DNA of 64,000 nt from Pseudomonadota bacterium (GCA_027486675.1 JAIXOQ010000008.1:7333-71332); one strand, 5' to 3'; positions 18,778 to 30,610 are shown, numbered from the stretch's first letter. Numbers and translations are program-made. The notes: generated by a model not told the origin, from the sequence alone.

Positions 18778-19338
18778 ATGCAAAGTGCTATTTCGAAATT
18801 CCCCCTATTTTTTTTGTGTCTTTTGACATTAGAAGGCTGTGGTTCCATGAGTTTTAAAGACCTTCCTGAGCAGAAAACGGTCGGCCGCGTTGAACTTCAA
18901 AAATTCATGGGCCGCTGGTACGTCATCGCAAGTATCCCGACCTCTTTTGAGGAAGGTGCAGTGAACGCTGTGGAAACCTACACGTGGAACGAAGAAAAGG
19001 AACGAATCGATATTGATTTCAGATTTCACAAAGATCGCGCGGATGGCCCCGAAAAAGTCATCCCCCAAAAAGGATTCATCTACAACAAAGACACCAATGC
19101 AGAATGGCGAATCCAGCCCTTTTGGCCACTCAAATTCGCCTACTTAATCGTGGATCTGGCGGACGACTACAGTGATACCATCATAGGTGTACCGAATCGA
19201 AAGTACGTCTGGATTATGGCGCGTAGCCCTAAGATCGCAGATGCGCGTTATGCTGCGTTGGTGGAAAAGGTTCGAGTGCTGGGTTACGACCTCACGCAAC
19301 TGAAGAAAGTCCCACAAACCGCAAACCCGAAGCCTTAA
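18778..19338 (+). CDS. blc: Lipocalin (Blc-like) lipoprotein
   Basis: Lipobox LEGC, MGRWYVIA, YVWIMAR. Start reassigned to ATG 18778. Confidence 0.9.
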   Translation: MQSAISKFPLFFLCLLTLEGCGSMSFKDLPEQKTVGRVELQKFMGRWYVIASIPTSFEEGAVNAVETYTWNEEKERIDIDFRFHKDRADGPEKVIPQKGFIYNKDTNAEWRIQPFWPLKFAYLIVDLADDYSDTIIGVPNRKYVWIMARSPKIADARYAALVEKVRVLGYDLTQLKKVPQTANPKP

Positions 19339-21122
19339 CTCCGGGTCATCTGTTCAAGCTCGGCCCACCTGGCATACATGCGTTCAATGTCTGCATGCAG
19401 TTGTGCCATCTCGGTGGTGATGTCGGCTAAAGTTCGTCCTGGCCCTTGCTTTTCAGATTCCACGAAGGAAAGCCGAGCTTCAGTTTTTTGTATATTTTCT
19501 TCGATATGATCGAGTTCGTATTGATCTTTAAAAGAGATTTTCTTTTTCTTCGTGGTCGCCTGGCCCGAGGATTGTGTGCTGACTGGACGTGTGTGAACGA
19601 TATCGACGGGCTTGTTTTTCGTAATCCATTCGCTCCACTGAGAAAGTCCTTCAAACATCACTAGATCCCGCGGGCCTGTCGGGTTTGGGACGAAGGCTAG
19701 GATTTGTTCCGAGACCTGATCTAAGAAAAAACGATCGTGGGTGACCAGCACCACGCCGCCTGGAAAGTCCCGAAGCACTTCCTCCAGCACATCTAAGGTC
19801 GCGACATCTAAGTCATTGGTCGGTTCATCTAAGATCAGAAGATTTGCTTCTTCAAGCATGAGGCGTGCAATCAGCAATCTGCTTTGTTCTCCCCCTGAAA
19901 GACGGCCCACTCGCATTTGCATTTGCTCAGGCGTGAATAAAAACCGACTCAAATATCCACGCACGTGAACACTTGAGCCGCGAAAGATGACTGAATCCCC
20001 AGTCGGGCAGACGGTCTCTTTTAACGTGAGATTTGGATTTAAGCTTTCGCGATTCTGTTCAAAATAGATGGCTTGCAGCTGGTCTGATCGGACAATCGAT
20101 CCAGTGTCGGATTCTTCCTGCCCGAGCAGCATTCGGATCAGGGTGGACTTTCCTGCGCCGTTTGGACCCAATAGCCCAATGCGCGTCTGAGGTGTGATCA
20201 AGAGATCTAAGTGAGGAACAACTCTCTTCCCGCTGTAGGATTTGCTAATTCCCTTTGCTTCTATGAGTTTTTTTGGCTGTTTTTCAGCACTTTGAAAGTC
20301 AAGACTCACTTTTCTTGTCTGGTTTCGTGCAGAAAGGTCACTGACGGTATCGCCTAAGTTTTCGGCACGCTTGATCCTAGCCTGTTGTTTGGTGGTCCTT
20401 GCCTTAGCGCCTTGCCGTAACCACTCGACTTCGCGTCGTAAAGTGTTCTTGAGACGGACTTCTTGTGCTTCACTCGATGCGACCATCTGTTCTTTGACTT
20501 CAAGATAATCTGCGTAATCTCCATTGACGCTGAGTAGGCCATTCGGATTGCGCGGATCGAGTTCTAAGATCCTAGAGGAAACATTTTGCAAGAAAGCTCT
20601 GTCATGGGTGACACAAAGCGAAGCAAAGGGAGCCTTCTTTAAAAGTTCTTCAATCAGCTGAATGCTTTCCACATCGAGGTGGTTGGTCGGTTCATCGAGC
20701 AGCAGTAGATCCGGCTTCCGACAAAGCTCACGCGCCAAGGCGACCCTCTTTTTCCAACCGCCAGAGAGTTTTGATATTTTCCCATCGGGGGACAGATTTA
20801 GTTTTGAGAGCAAAGTCAGCGTGTAGTTTTCATCATAGAGCCCATCGTTTGCCTCTTCGATGGTTTCTAGGATGTTCAAGGATTCGTTAAACTGGGGAAC
20901 CTGCTCTAAGAAGCCAAGTCTTAAGCCTTTTTGCGTGCTGAGTTTCCCTGAGTCTTGAGCCATCCTTCCGGCGATGATTTTGAGCAGCGTGGATTTACCC
21001 GCTCCGTTCGGGCCGATGAGCCCAATGCGTTCCCCGGTTTCAATACCAAAAGAAATGTTGTTAAACAGGGGGCGCGCGCCAAAGGACATCGAAAGTTGAT
21101 GGGCATTGATCAGGATAGACAT
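19335..21122 (-). CDS. uup: ABC-F family ATPase (Uup-like)
   Basis: Two ABC domains (GPNGAGKST twice, LSGG, DEPTN), linker WLRQG.KAR.TKQQARI, C-terminal coiled coil RW.ELE. Confidence 0.9.
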   Translation of the reverse strand: MSILINAHQLSMSFGARPLFNNISFGIETGERIGLIGPNGAGKSTLLKIIAGRMAQDSGKLSTQKGLRLGFLEQVPQFNESLNILETIEEANDGLYDENYTLTLLSKLNLSPDGKISKLSGGWKKRVALARELCRKPDLLLLDEPTNHLDVESIQLIEELLKKAPFASLCVTHDRAFLQNVSSRILELDPRNPNGLLSVNGDYADYLEVKEQMVASSEAQEVRLKNTLRREVEWLRQGAKARTTKQQARIKRAENLGDTVSDLSARNQTRKVSLDFQSAEKQPKKLIEAKGISKSYSGKRVVPHLDLLITPQTRIGLLGPNGAGKSTLIRMLLGQEESDTGSIVRSDQLQAIYFEQNRESLNPNLTLKETVCPTGDSVIFRGSSVHVRGYLSRFLFTPEQMQMRVGRLSGGEQSRLLIARLMLEEANLLILDEPTNDLDVATLDVLEEVLRDFPGGVVLVTHDRFFLDQVSEQILAFVPNPTGPRDLVMFEGLSQWSEWITKNKPVDIVHTRPVSTQSSGQATTKKKKISFKDQYELDHIEENIQKTEARLSFVESEKQGPGRTLADITTEMAQLHADIERMYARWAELEQMTRS

Positions 21123-21147
21123 AGGGGTTATGCAGTCGGATTATAGA

Positions 21148-21978
21148 TCACTTGGTTAAAAAAGCCGTAACCAACTGATCCCTTGCCCAGTAAAGTTCTT
21201 CTTTCGTAAGACCCAATCTAAATCCCCAAAGCGTAGCCAGGAGAATGCGGAGTTCTTCAGTAAACACCAATTGCTCTTCGCTCTCTGAACCAATTCGTCT
21301 AAGTAAGCGAATGATTCCGTCGGGTCCGCTTGCAATATTGTTATCTGTTTTCCACTTCACGCTATGAAAAACCCAGTCGATTAAGGCGAGTTTCTTCGGA
21401 TTCTTGAGCCAAATGTTGCGCGCCCGGCGATACGCGATTTGGGTGTGCACATAGTGACCAAAGTACGTTCTCTTTTGATCGGGTGTGAGAGGGGCTTTGG
21501 GAGTGAGGGGGACTTCGGGCTTGGAGTGGGATAATGGGTGATATGCCAGAAGACGCCGCATCCATGAATTCGTCTTGTTTTCCAAATCCTTTAAGGCCTC
21601 CTCGAAGGATGCAGCACCCAAGTGTATGGGGAGCAAGGGAAGGGGTAGAAATTCATTCTCTTCAAATATGGAAAAGGGGCGATCGAATTGAACAATGGCT
21701 CCAAATCGATACTGAGATAGCTCCTTTTTCTTCAAAGTCAGGAGCGGCACATCCGTGGTCTGCGCAATCTGATCCAGGATGTTTTGTAACTGCGCTGGCA
21801 GGGGTGAGTCCAGGGGCGGCAGCGTCTCAGGGTCTGAAAAAAGTTTTGTAATCGCATTCCCCGCAATTTCGGAAACTAAAAGGCCTTCAACAAGCGTGAC
21901 GCAGCGGCTATCCCCCTGAGGGGTTGTGGCATAGGAAGGGGTGGGTAGGAAGGTAAGGAGTATCCACAGCCAATGCAT
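21148..21978 (-). CDS. Secreted hypothetical protein
   Basis: 276 aa, short signal peptide ending SYA. No family recognised. Confidence 0.7.
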   Translation of the reverse strand: MHWLWILLTFLPTPSYATTPQGDSRCVTLVEGLLVSEIAGNAITKLFSDPETLPPLDSPLPAQLQNILDQIAQTTDVPLLTLKKKELSQYRFGAIVQFDRPFSIFEENEFLPLPLLPIHLGAASFEEALKDLENKTNSWMRRLLAYHPLSHSKPEVPLTPKAPLTPDQKRTYFGHYVHTQIAYRRARNIWLKNPKKLALIDWVFHSVKWKTDNNIASGPDGIIRLLRRIGSESEEQLVFTEELRILLATLWGFRLGLTKEELYWARDQLVTAFLTK

Positions 21979-22008
21979 GACTGTCGAAATCTATACTTAA
22001 TTCATCCA

Positions 22009-22515
22009 CTATGTCAAAGGTGAGTCGTGGGGGGCGCGATTCTTACGTAGAGGGCGTTCTAAGAGCAAGATTAGGGAAAGGAAGATCAGGCCCCATTTCA
22101 GCCAGGCACTGAGGGTCCCAACATAAAACAGGGGTGAATCAAACAAGATCCGGTCCGAGATCAAGCTGTAGTGCACAGCGTTTTCAATTTCATCAAAAAA
22201 GGCTGCAAAGAGTGGGATTACGAAGGCCCGTGGTTTAGTTTTACCTGGCGCTTGAGCGAGGAGCAGGCGACTTAATAAAGCGCCATAGGCGAGGGGATAG
22301 AAGATATCGATCCAGTAGTGTGTACGGACCAGTTCCACACCCATGGGCCCAAGCTGATTTAAGATCTCCTGGAACTGGATTGGGGAACAGGACAGCTGCA
22401 GTTTGAGAAGAAGTGCGGGATCTTGCACGGCCCGAAAATGCCAAAGCAATGCGCCTTGCAGCAAGGCAGTGAGGATTCCGAAAGTAGATCTGGACATGAG
22501 GCGAGGGAGTCGCAT
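22009..22515 (-). CDS. Hypothetical membrane protein
   Basis: About 4 TM segments; D..YP..YG and D..EN motifs. Confidence 0.75.
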   Translation of the reverse strand: MRLPRLMSRSTFGILTALLQGALLWHFRAVQDPALLLKLQLSCSPIQFQEILNQLGPMGVELVRTHYWIDIFYPLAYGALLSRLLLAQAPGKTKPRAFVIPLFAAFFDEIENAVHYSLISDRILFDSPLFYVGTLSAWLKWGLIFLSLILLLERPLRKNRAPHDSPLT

Positions 22516-22544
22516 GCAAATTCAGCTTATGCTAAAATGGGCAC

Positions 22545-22754
22545 ATGAAAATCAACGTCGGCGGTGCTGAGCGATTTCTGCGTGTTCTTGTTGGAGTTGT
22601 GCTGCTTTCGGCAGTTGTGTTGTGGGATAACCCATTCCATTTTTGGGGTCTGATTGGAATTGTGCCGCTTCTCACCGGCATGATGGGAAGCTGTCCTGCT
22701 TACTCGATTTTTGGCTGCAGCACCTGTGGTGCGGCTCCAAAAGACCAACACTAA
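22545..22754 (+). CDS. DUF2892/YgaP-like small membrane protein
   Basis: NVG..ER..R...G, PLLTG..G.CP.Y..FG.STC. An extended -10 (TGcTAAAAT) lies 6 nt before the ATG. Confidence 0.92.
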   Translation: MKINVGGAERFLRVLVGVVLLSAVVLWDNPFHFWGLIGIVPLLTGMMGSCPAYSIFGCSTCGAAPKDQH

Positions 22755-22768
22755 GTTGAGTTGAATCT

Positions 22769-24265
22769 TTAAAACAGCTTCCGTCTCTTCCCCGAAGGAA
22801 GAACGCCTAACATTTCTCGGTATTTTGCGACTGTGCGTCTTGCGATATCGACCCCGTCGGTTTTTAGCAATTCAACCAACTGTTGATCAGACAGCGGCGC
22901 AAGCGGGTCTTCTTTGCCGATCAAATTCTTAATTTTGTCCTTCACAGCACTGCTGGCTAAAGCATCTTTGCCATCGCTGGAGGCGATGCTGCTGTTAAAG
23001 AAGTATTTGAGTTCAAAAGTGCCCACTGGAGTGTGCATGTACTTGTTGGTCGTAACCCTAGAGATTGTAGACTCGTGCATCCCCACATCTGCAGCGATGT
23101 CTTTTAAAACCATGGGCTTTAAGTGCTGAACTCCATGCGCAAAAAAATCGCCTTGGCGTTTTAAGATCGCTTCAGTGACTTTGTGAATGGTCTTCTGGCG
23201 ATTCTGAATAGATCTGATGAGCCAAAGGGCAGACTTGAGTTTCTCCTGCACATATTCTTTAGTGACTTTTGAATCCGCACTCGTGGAGCCCTTTTGGTCC
23301 GCTAAAATTTTTCTGTAGTAGGGGCTCACTCTTAAGCGCGGCAACCCATCCTCATTCATTGCAATCACATGCTCTTCGCCCACTTTATGGATAAAAATTT
23401 CAGGCGTGATGTACTGCGGTTCAGTATCGCGGAATGCAGATCCCGGCTTCGGCTCAAAGTCGGTGATGATCTTATGCGCTTCGGCGACCTTTTCTAAAGA
23501 AACACCCAAAGCGCGCGAAATCGCGGGAAGGTTGCGTTTTTCAAGCTCGGGCATGTGACTTAAAATAATGCTCTCAACCAGATGCTGCTTGGGATCAAGC
23601 ATCTCTGCCTGCACCAGTAAACACTCTTGAAGATTACGTGAGGCAATACCTACCGGATCGAAGGTCTGAATCACCTTAAGAAACTCAGTCGCGTCCTCAA
23701 AGTTGAGCCCAGCTTGGGTAGCAAGCTCCTGCAGGTCTCCAGTGAAATACCCGTCATCCCCTAAATTGCTGATCACCCCGATCGCAAAGGCATATTCGTT
23801 CTCAGAGCAAGCGATCATGGAAAGCTGCCATTGAAGATGATCCTCCAGTGTGACCGCTTTGGTCAGTACGTTTTCTTGCGAGGACATCTCTTCCGGAATT
23901 TCCCGCATCGAGGGCGCCGAACTTAGGGTGTTGTTATAATCCTCTAAGTACTGCTCCCAGTTGATTTCTTCTTTGCCGGACAGAGCTTGTTGTTCTTCTG
24001 GAACAGGGCTTGGCTGCTCGTCTCGTTGTCGCTCAAATTCTGGATCTGCCGTCTCACCACTTGCCGCTGTTTCAGAGTTATCTTGCGGCGCATCGCCATC
24101 ACTTTCCCCGAGCTCCTCCAACACAGGGTTTTCTACCAGTTCCTGATTCACAAGCTCAGCAAGCTCTAAGTGATTGAGCTGCAGCAGCTTAATCGCTTGC
24201 TGGAGCTGCGGCGTCATGACCAGGTTTTGTCCAAGTCTGAGACTTTGCTTAAGTTGAATAGCCAT
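22769..24265 (-). CDS. rpoN: RNA polymerase sigma-54 factor
   Basis: MTPQLQQAIKLLQL, HESTISRVT, RpoN box ARRTVAKYRE. Confidence 0.98.
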   Translation of the reverse strand: MAIQLKQSLRLGQNLVMTPQLQQAIKLLQLNHLELAELVNQELVENPVLEELGESDGDAPQDNSETAASGETADPEFERQRDEQPSPVPEEQQALSGKEEINWEQYLEDYNNTLSSAPSMREIPEEMSSQENVLTKAVTLEDHLQWQLSMIACSENEYAFAIGVISNLGDDGYFTGDLQELATQAGLNFEDATEFLKVIQTFDPVGIASRNLQECLLVQAEMLDPKQHLVESIILSHMPELEKRNLPAISRALGVSLEKVAEAHKIITDFEPKPGSAFRDTEPQYITPEIFIHKVGEEHVIAMNEDGLPRLRVSPYYRKILADQKGSTSADSKVTKEYVQEKLKSALWLIRSIQNRQKTIHKVTEAILKRQGDFFAHGVQHLKPMVLKDIAADVGMHESTISRVTTNKYMHTPVGTFELKYFFNSSIASSDGKDALASSAVKDKIKNLIGKEDPLAPLSDQQLVELLKTDGVDIARRTVAKYREMLGVLPSGKRRKLF

Positions 24266-24282
24266 CCTGGGCTAGTTTACTC

Positions 24283-25026
24283 TTAGAACCTGAATTGTTC
24301 GCCGAGATATTTTTCGCGAGCCCGGGGCGAGTTTGCAATCTGTTCGGGGGTCCCGGACTCAAACAGCACGCCGTCGGTGAGGATATAGGCCCAGTCGCAG
24401 ATGGACAGTGTCTCCCTGACGTTGTGGTCCGTAATCAGGACTCCAATTCCACGCTCCTTCAACTTCTGGATCATTTTCTGAATGTCTGTTACCGCCAGTG
24501 GATCCACTCCCGCAAACGGTTCATCGAGCAGAATGTATTCAGGCTCTAAAGCGAGTGCGCGTGCAACCTCAACTCTTCTGCGTTCACCGCCTGAGAGAGT
24601 GTAGGCGAGTTGTTGCGACACATGATTGAGGCTGAAGTCGTCTAAGAGTGCTCGCAAAAGTTTAGTGCGGTCACCTTCTGACAAGGGTCTGGTTTCTAAA
24701 GTAGCCAGAATATTTTCTTCCACTGTGAGTTTCCGGAAGACAGAGGGTTCTTGGGGCAGGTACGCGATTCCGGCCCTCGCGCGCTGATGCATGGGCCAGG
24801 TAGTGATGTCTTGATCCCCCAAGAAGACACTGCCCTGATCTGGAACAACCAGCCCAGTGATCATGTAGAATGTGGTCGTCTTTCCAGCTCCATTGGGGCC
24901 AAGTAGGCCGACAATCTGGCCACAAGACATTTCCAAACTGACGTCGCGAACGACTTCGCGTTTTTTATAAGACTTGCGTAAGTTGCGGGCGGAGAGTTTG
25001 GGTTTGTTAGTTTCTGTTGCTTGCAT
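24283..25026 (-). CDS. lptB: LPS export ABC ATPase LptB
   Basis: [45 protein letters not shown]; lies upstream of rpoN. Confidence 0.97.
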   Translation of the reverse strand: MQATETNKPKLSARNLRKSYKKREVVRDVSLEMSCGQIVGLLGPNGAGKTTTFYMITGLVVPDQGSVFLGDQDITTWPMHQRARAGIAYLPQEPSVFRKLTVEENILATLETRPLSEGDRTKLLRALLDDFSLNHVSQQLAYTLSGGERRRVEVARALALEPEYILLDEPFAGVDPLAVTDIQKMIQKLKERGIGVLITDHNVRETLSICDWAYILTDGVLFESGTPEQIANSPRAREKYLGEQFRF

Positions 25027-26074
25027 TGCTTTGGTCCGCGAATACCGTATCAGTTTTTCTATCGTACACGATTTTCTCTCCGTTTACGGTGTCATTCTCT
25101 TGGTAGACCACAGGAAATAGAGTGAGTGTTAGGAGGTCGGTTTTAGTTTCAAATACGGCATGCCCTGCTGATCCTCGTGTGATGGATTCTGGATCCTGTT
25201 TATCGATAAAACTCACATCATCGATTGCAATCGCGCGGTCTAACGACTTGCCTTCTTCGATGAGTCCAGTCAGTTTCCTAGATTCCACATGCAGTTTGTT
25301 GCGATCCGTTTTGACGAACTGTTTGGCAAAAGCTTTTGTATCCTCCATCCAAAACTCCATACGGGATTCACCTCTAAAATAGGTGCCCCGGTCAGAATGA
25401 ATCAACGTATCGCCTTCTTTTCCAGTAAACGTCACGAAAGTGCGGCTCAAGAGCTCGATCTTGTTTGTAGATGCATCATAGGTCATCCCGTAGCCTTGAA
25501 AAGTAGTCCGGGCGGCTAGGGGTTTGCCGTCGTGGCCATTCACTTCTGTATCCATGGGAACTTCCATACGTTTGCTCGGCTTCAGATAAAGTTTCGCTTT
25601 TGCGGCCATGAGCTCCGAACCGTCGTCGAGCCTAGCGATCACGTCTCCTGCCGCGTCGATGACGCCGCCGTTCGCATTGTGGGTGGCTTCTAAGCTCTGC
25701 ACGTAGGTGGTGGACTGAGGCTCCTCAAGCCAGAGATGCGGCTCCTGAAGGTGCATCTGTTTTCGGTCTGGGTATGACAAAGCCTTCTTTGCGAAAATCC
25801 GAGTTGGAGTCTTGCCAGGCTCGCTCGAGTAAAGCTTCAGGTCCCGCAGGGCATAGAGGGGTGGAGTCTCCGGCAGCGGCTGGAGGCGGCTCAGTCGTTC
25901 AGGGATGATGAAGTCGAGCAGCTCTTTCCGGGCGATCGCCCGCATCCCGTTCCCGTCCTGCTCTAGATCAACGGGAGATAGGATGGCGAGATCAAAGGCC
26001 AAGATCCCAAGGAAAACCACTAGAACAGTAGATCTCATCTTGTGGGTCAGGGTGCTTTGGGGCTTTTTGGTCAT
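25007..26074 (-). CDS. LptC/LptA-like beta-jellyroll LPS transport protein (long, possibly fused)
   Basis: N-terminal TM, beta-rich repeats, LptA-like end (L...P.V.Q..D.V.GEKI.YD); immediately upstream of lptB. Confidence 0.75.
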   Translation of the reverse strand: MTKKPQSTLTHKMRSTVLVVFLGILAFDLAILSPVDLEQDGNGMRAIARKELLDFIIPERLSRLQPLPETPPLYALRDLKLYSSEPGKTPTRIFAKKALSYPDRKQMHLQEPHLWLEEPQSTTYVQSLEATHNANGGVIDAAGDVIARLDDGSELMAAKAKLYLKPSKRMEVPMDTEVNGHDGKPLAARTTFQGYGMTYDASTNKIELLSRTFVTFTGKEGDTLIHSDRGTYFRGESRMEFWMEDTKAFAKQFVKTDRNKLHVESRKLTGLIEEGKSLDRAIAIDDVSFIDKQDPESITRGSAGHAVFETKTDLLTLTLFPVVYQENDTVNGEKIVYDRKTDTVFADQSNASNRN

Positions 26075-26191
26075 GGAGGCTCTCTCCTAAAGCCTATTAC
26101 ACTTTTTGCCTAAACTAGAGTCTTGCAACACGCCGGAAGAGCGCGTAGCTCTAAAAAGCTCACCCAAAAATTATAGTAAGGAGGTGATTTC

Positions 26192-26392
26192 ATGCCGGGT
26201 ATCGTAATTCGAGAAGGCGACTCTTTTGAGTCGGCTCTCAAGCGTTTTAAGAAACAAGTTGAAAAGGCAGGCACGTTAGCTGAAGTGCGTAAGCGCGAAG
26301 CCTACGAAAAGCCATCCGTAAAACGTAAGAAAAAAGACATTGCCGCTAAAAAGCGCGGAAAGAAAACCTCCTCCTCAAGACGCAGCTACTAA
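26192..26392 (+). CDS. rpsU: 30S ribosomal protein S21
   Basis: [27 protein letters not shown]; strong SD AGGAGGT. Confidence 0.98.
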   Translation: MPGIVIREGDSFESALKRFKKQVEKAGTLAEVRKREAYEKPSVKRKKKDIAAKKRGKKTSSSRRSY

Positions 26393-26433
26393 GCTGACTT
26401 TTTAAGGTGCGCAGGTTTTTTGGAAATAGATTC

Positions 26434-26880
26434 ATGACGCTTAAGGAAAAAAACACAGAAACGATGAAGACCGCGATGAAAAGCGGGGATAAATCCACGA
26501 CTCAGTATGCTCGTACTCTTCTTGCGGCCATCCGTAAGAAAGAGATCGATGACAGAAAAGACGCGACGGACGAAGACGTGATTCGATTGGTTTCTACGAT
26601 GCTGAAGCAGCGTGAGGAATCGATACAAGCGTTCCGTTCGGGTGGACGTGAAGACCTTGCTGTGCAGGAAGAGGCGGAAGCCGTTTACTTAAAACAGTTC
26701 CTTCCAGAGCAGCTCGGCGATGCCGAGCTGCTAGCGCTCGTCCAGTCCGTGATTACGGAAGTGGGCGCAAAGGATGCCAAAGATTTAGGTAAAGTGATGA
26801 AGGCGCTCCTCCCAAAGGTTCAAGGTCGCGCCGATGGAAAAAGAGTGACACAGGTCGTTAAGGAAAAACTCGGAGGCTGA
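26434..26880 (+). CDS. GatB/YqeY domain protein
   Basis: MK.AMK..DK, KQREESI..F...GR.DL, LP.QL, G.ADGK. Start reassigned to ATG 26434. Confidence 0.93.
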   Translation: MTLKEKNTETMKTAMKSGDKSTTQYARTLLAAIRKKEIDDRKDATDEDVIRLVSTMLKQREESIQAFRSGGREDLAVQEEAEAVYLKQFLPEQLGDAELLALVQSVITEVGAKDAKDLGKVMKALLPKVQGRADGKRVTQVVKEKLGG

Positions 26881-26890
26881 GTTTCGCCAA

Positions 26891-28738
26891 ATGAAGGGTC
26901 GTCTGCCCGAAGCGTGGATCGCAGAGCTCAAGGCGAAAGTCTCCCTGATCGATGTCGCACGCGAAAACTTAGATTTAAAGAAGTCTGGCCGCCGCTTCAC
27001 GGCGTGTTGTCCCTTTCACGCAGAACGCACGCCATCGTTCTCGGTCAATGAGAAATTCTTTTACTGCTTTGGCTGTAAGAAGACGGGCGACATCATCGAC
27101 TTCGTCCGGGAACTTCAGGGACTTTCGTTCGAGGAGACATTGCAGGACTTAGCAGAGCGAGCTGGAATGAAGCTTCCAGAATCATTGTTGTCCCCGCAAG
27201 ATCAAGGGGCCGCTCAAAAATTAAAGACATTCTCGCGGCTGAATCTATTTGCAGCAAAATACTATCAATCCAAACTGAAAGAACCAGTCGCAGCGCAAGC
27301 CAATGAGTATTTAAAGAAGCGCGGCATCAACGATGATTCGGTTCAGATTTTTCAGATCGGCGTAACGCCTCCACACTCTGACGGTTTGGCTCAGCATTTG
27401 ATTAAATCAAAAGCTCCGTTGCCTGAAGTATTAGAGCTGGGTTTGATCCGTAAATCGCAGCGCAATGAGGGTTACTATGACCAGATGAGGGACCGACTAG
27501 TGTTCCCGCTGGTCGAACCTCGGGGCCGTGTTGTTGGTTTTGCTGGAAGGACTTTGCCATCCGCGGAAGCACGAGGTGAGTCAGGCCCTAAGTACCTCAA
27601 TTCCTCAGAATCGATGATCTATAAAAAGAGCCAGTACCTCTATGGCCTTTACCAAGCTCGTCCTCACATCCGCGCTGCCGATAGAGTGGTGATTGTAGAA
27701 GGCTACATGGATGTCATCGGGCTGCATCAAGTGGGAATACAATATGCAGTTGCGGTTTCGGGAACGACGTTGACTGAGGATCACCTCAAGCAGCTTCTTA
27801 GAATCACGTCAAACATTGTTCTACTTTTTGATCGCGATGCTGCTGGGGAAAACGCCCGCATCAAAGCGATGGAACTCGGTCTGCACATGGGCCTGGTTTT
27901 GAAATCTCCTCTGTATGAAGACAAGCGGGATCCAGATGAGTTTGTTTTGCAGGATTCTTCGAATATAAAAATCTTGTCAGATCTTTTGGCCGCTGCAGAG
28001 CCGGTGCTTGATCTTGAGATCGAACGCCTTCGTCAGGAAACCGAAGGAAACATGGAGGCCCGAGCACAGGCAGTGAAACGTGTGGGACAATGGTTAAAGA
28101 GCTACCGCGATCCAGTGGGGCAGGCCTTGCGCGTGAAAGACTGGGCTAAGAAGTGGGAAATTCCACCCCATTTGCTCAAAGAGTTTCAGCTTTCAGAGGT
28201 GGTGAATGCAGCACCTCAGAGACTCACGCCTAAGCCTTCCACCGCTGTACGAAAATCAACGGGTCCAATTTCAGGGCAGGATCATCTTTTACTTTTGGTT
28301 TTTTGCCGATGGGACCAATTTTCGGCTCTCTTTAGCGAAGCCCGTAGGAAGCTCCCTGAAAAAAATACAATAGCTGACTTATGGGGTGACACTCGGATTG
28401 CTGAGTGGGTGCGCGACATCTTTCGGGACCCATCCGGTTTTGAGCGCTGGCGGCATGCTCCCGAATTGTGTGTTCCAGGCGAAGGAGATGAGCAATTTCG
28501 CGGTCTTATTCTCGCGGCACTCTTAGACCCTGAGCCCAAAATCGATGCGCCACTTGCAAAATCTGCGATAGAGTCTGCAATTCGTTCAAGTTGGGCACGA
28601 TTTTCGCATCAAATAAAACGGGAGATTGCTGCGGCAGATGAGCGCCAAGATAGCGAAACCTCAGCGAAATTGTTACAACAGTATCTAGACCTCCAACGCA
28701 AACTAAAGGAAATTGAAATTTCTAATGAAGAATCCTAA
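26891..28738 (+). CDS. dnaG: DNA primase
   Basis: CPFH.E.TPSF zinc finger, KYLNS, TOPRIM VEGYMDV, FD.D.AG. Confidence 0.97.
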   Translation: MKGRLPEAWIAELKAKVSLIDVARENLDLKKSGRRFTACCPFHAERTPSFSVNEKFFYCFGCKKTGDIIDFVRELQGLSFEETLQDLAERAGMKLPESLLSPQDQGAAQKLKTFSRLNLFAAKYYQSKLKEPVAAQANEYLKKRGINDDSVQIFQIGVTPPHSDGLAQHLIKSKAPLPEVLELGLIRKSQRNEGYYDQMRDRLVFPLVEPRGRVVGFAGRTLPSAEARGESGPKYLNSSESMIYKKSQYLYGLYQARPHIRAADRVVIVEGYMDVIGLHQVGIQYAVAVSGTTLTEDHLKQLLRITSNIVLLFDRDAAGENARIKAMELGLHMGLVLKSPLYEDKRDPDEFVLQDSSNIKILSDLLAAAEPVLDLEIERLRQETEGNMEARAQAVKRVGQWLKSYRDPVGQALRVKDWAKKWEIPPHLLKEFQLSEVVNAAPQRLTPKPSTAVRKSTGPISGQDHLLLLVFCRWDQFSALFSEARRKLPEKNTIADLWGDTRIAEWVRDIFRDPSGFERWRHAPELCVPGEGDEQFRGLILAALLDPEPKIDAPLAKSAIESAIRSSWARFSHQIKREIAAADERQDSETSAKLLQQYLDLQRKLKEIEISNEES

Positions 28739-30581
28739 AGAATCTGGGACGGCTTCTGAGACCGTTTTGACCATCAACGGAAAAGTGAACCGTAACCACA
28801 AAGACGTAAAAAAACTCCTCGACCTAGGTGTTCAGCGCGGCTTCCTGTCATACATCGAAGTGCATGAACTGCTTCCAACAGAGCTTGTCGCACCGGCTGA
28901 AGTCGATGAGATCATGCAGCTACTGGCTGAAAATGAAGTTGAAGTCACGGACGGAAAAAAACGTGCCGAGGATGAAGAGGAAGAAGAAGGCACAGACGGG
29001 TTGATCGTCGACTTCACGGGCCAAGGCGCTCCGACGGAAGAGCTTCAAGCAGATGAGTCCGGCGATCTTGTGTCCACAGCTGAATATGCAAAGGGCACCG
29101 ATCCGGTAAAACTTTATTTAAAAAAAATGGGCTCTGTTTCTCTTCTCACCCGAGAAGGGGAAGTTGAGATTGCAAAGAGAATTGAAGCCGGTGAATTGGA
29201 AATCCTGCGCGCACTTCTAGCTTCGCGACTCGGAACTATGGCGATTGTCGAATTGGGCGATCGTTTAGAGACCGCGAAGACCAAAGTAAAAGATGTCATC
29301 CGGGGTGTTGAGGATGAGGTTTCTCCGGAAGACGAAAAAGAGTACCTCGCAAAAGTCACAAAAGCGGTCACCAAAGTGAAAGCTCTCTTGGCATACCAGG
29401 AAAAAATGGATCCCAAGCTGGTGGGCCCGGATTCAAAGAATACTTCTGCGGCCGAAAGAGCTCAGATCAAAGAAGAGACTGTCAAGAGGGAGCGCCAGGT
29501 TGAGAAAGCATTTGAAAACATCGCTTTCAATCGGAAGACGATCAATGTGCTTTCGGCTCAAATTAAGGACTATTCAGTTCGTGGAAAAGAGCTGAACGAG
29601 GATCGCAACAAGGGTTATCAGTACTTGGGTGTAAAGGGCCCGGCCGATTTTGCGAAGTTGATGGAAGAAGCGAAAGTCGCTGAAAAGCTTCCAGCACTCC
29701 TGAAGAAATACGATGTCACAGAGCAGAAGCTTCAGCAGTTAGCGCAATCGGATGAAGACGTCACCAAGAAGCTGAATCGTTTAGAGAGCGAGTCGGGCGT
29801 AACGGTCGACGAGCTCAAGCGCATCAACGAGAGCCTCATGATTGGTGAACGTCGCGCAGACATCGCTAAGTCTGAACTAGTTGAGGCCAATCTTCGGCTT
29901 GTGGTTTCGATTGCAAAAAAATACACCAACCGAGGTTTGCAGTTCTTAGACCTGATCCAAGAGGGAAACATCGGTCTGATGAAGGCTGTTGATAAATTTG
30001 AGTACCGTCGGGGTTACAAGTTCTCGACCTATGCTACTTGGTGGATTCGTCAGGCGATCACCCGCGCAATTGCGGATCAGGCTCGTACGATTCGGATCCC
30101 TGTCCACATGATTGAGACCATCAACAAGTTAGTACGAACTTCGCGGACGCTGATGCAGCAGCTCGGGCGTGAGCCGCAGCCGGAAGAAATTGCGGAAAAA
30201 ATGGAGATGCCGGTCGATAAGGTTCGTAAGGTCTTAAAGATCGCGAAAGAGCCAATTTCTCTGGAAACACCTATCGGGGAAGAAGAAGATTCGTCTCTCG
30301 GTGATTTTATTGAGGACAAGAACATTATCAACCCAGCCGAAGCCGTCATTAGTCTGAATTTGTCGGAGCAGACCCGCCGAGTTCTATCGACTCTGACACC
30401 TCGGGAAGAGAAAGTTCTTCGCATGCGATTTGGAATCGGGGAGAAATCGGACCACACCCTAGAGGAAGTGGGTCAGGATTTCTTCGTCACTCGTGAGCGG
30501 ATCCGGCAGATCGAGGCGAAAGCCTTGAGAAAATTGCGTCATCCCTCCCGATCTAAGATGCTCAAAGCGTTTGTGGATTGA
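28725..30581 (+). CDS. rpoD: RNA polymerase sigma-70 factor RpoD
   Basis: [41 protein letters not shown]. Start reassigned to ATG 28725. Confidence 0.98.
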   Translation: MKNPKESGTASETVLTINGKVNRNHKDVKKLLDLGVQRGFLSYIEVHELLPTELVAPAEVDEIMQLLAENEVEVTDGKKRAEDEEEEEGTDGLIVDFTGQGAPTEELQADESGDLVSTAEYAKGTDPVKLYLKKMGSVSLLTREGEVEIAKRIEAGELEILRALLASRLGTMAIVELGDRLETAKTKVKDVIRGVEDEVSPEDEKEYLAKVTKAVTKVKALLAYQEKMDPKLVGPDSKNTSAAERAQIKEETVKRERQVEKAFENIAFNRKTINVLSAQIKDYSVRGKELNEDRNKGYQYLGVKGPADFAKLMEEAKVAEKLPALLKKYDVTEQKLQQLAQSDEDVTKKLNRLESESGVTVDELKRINESLMIGERRADIAKSELVEANLRLVVSIAKKYTNRGLQFLDLIQEGNIGLMKAVDKFEYRRGYKFSTYATWWIRQAITRAIADQARTIRIPVHMIETINKLVRTSRTLMQQLGREPQPEEIAEKMEMPVDKVRKVLKIAKEPISLETPIGEEEDSSLGDFIEDKNIINPAEAVISLNLSEQTRRVLSTLTPREEKVLRMRFGIGEKSDHTLEEVGQDFFVTRERIRQIEAKALRKLRHPSRSKMLKAFVD

Positions 30582-30610
30582 TTCGGGCTCCCGGGTCGAC
30601 AGTGGAATAA

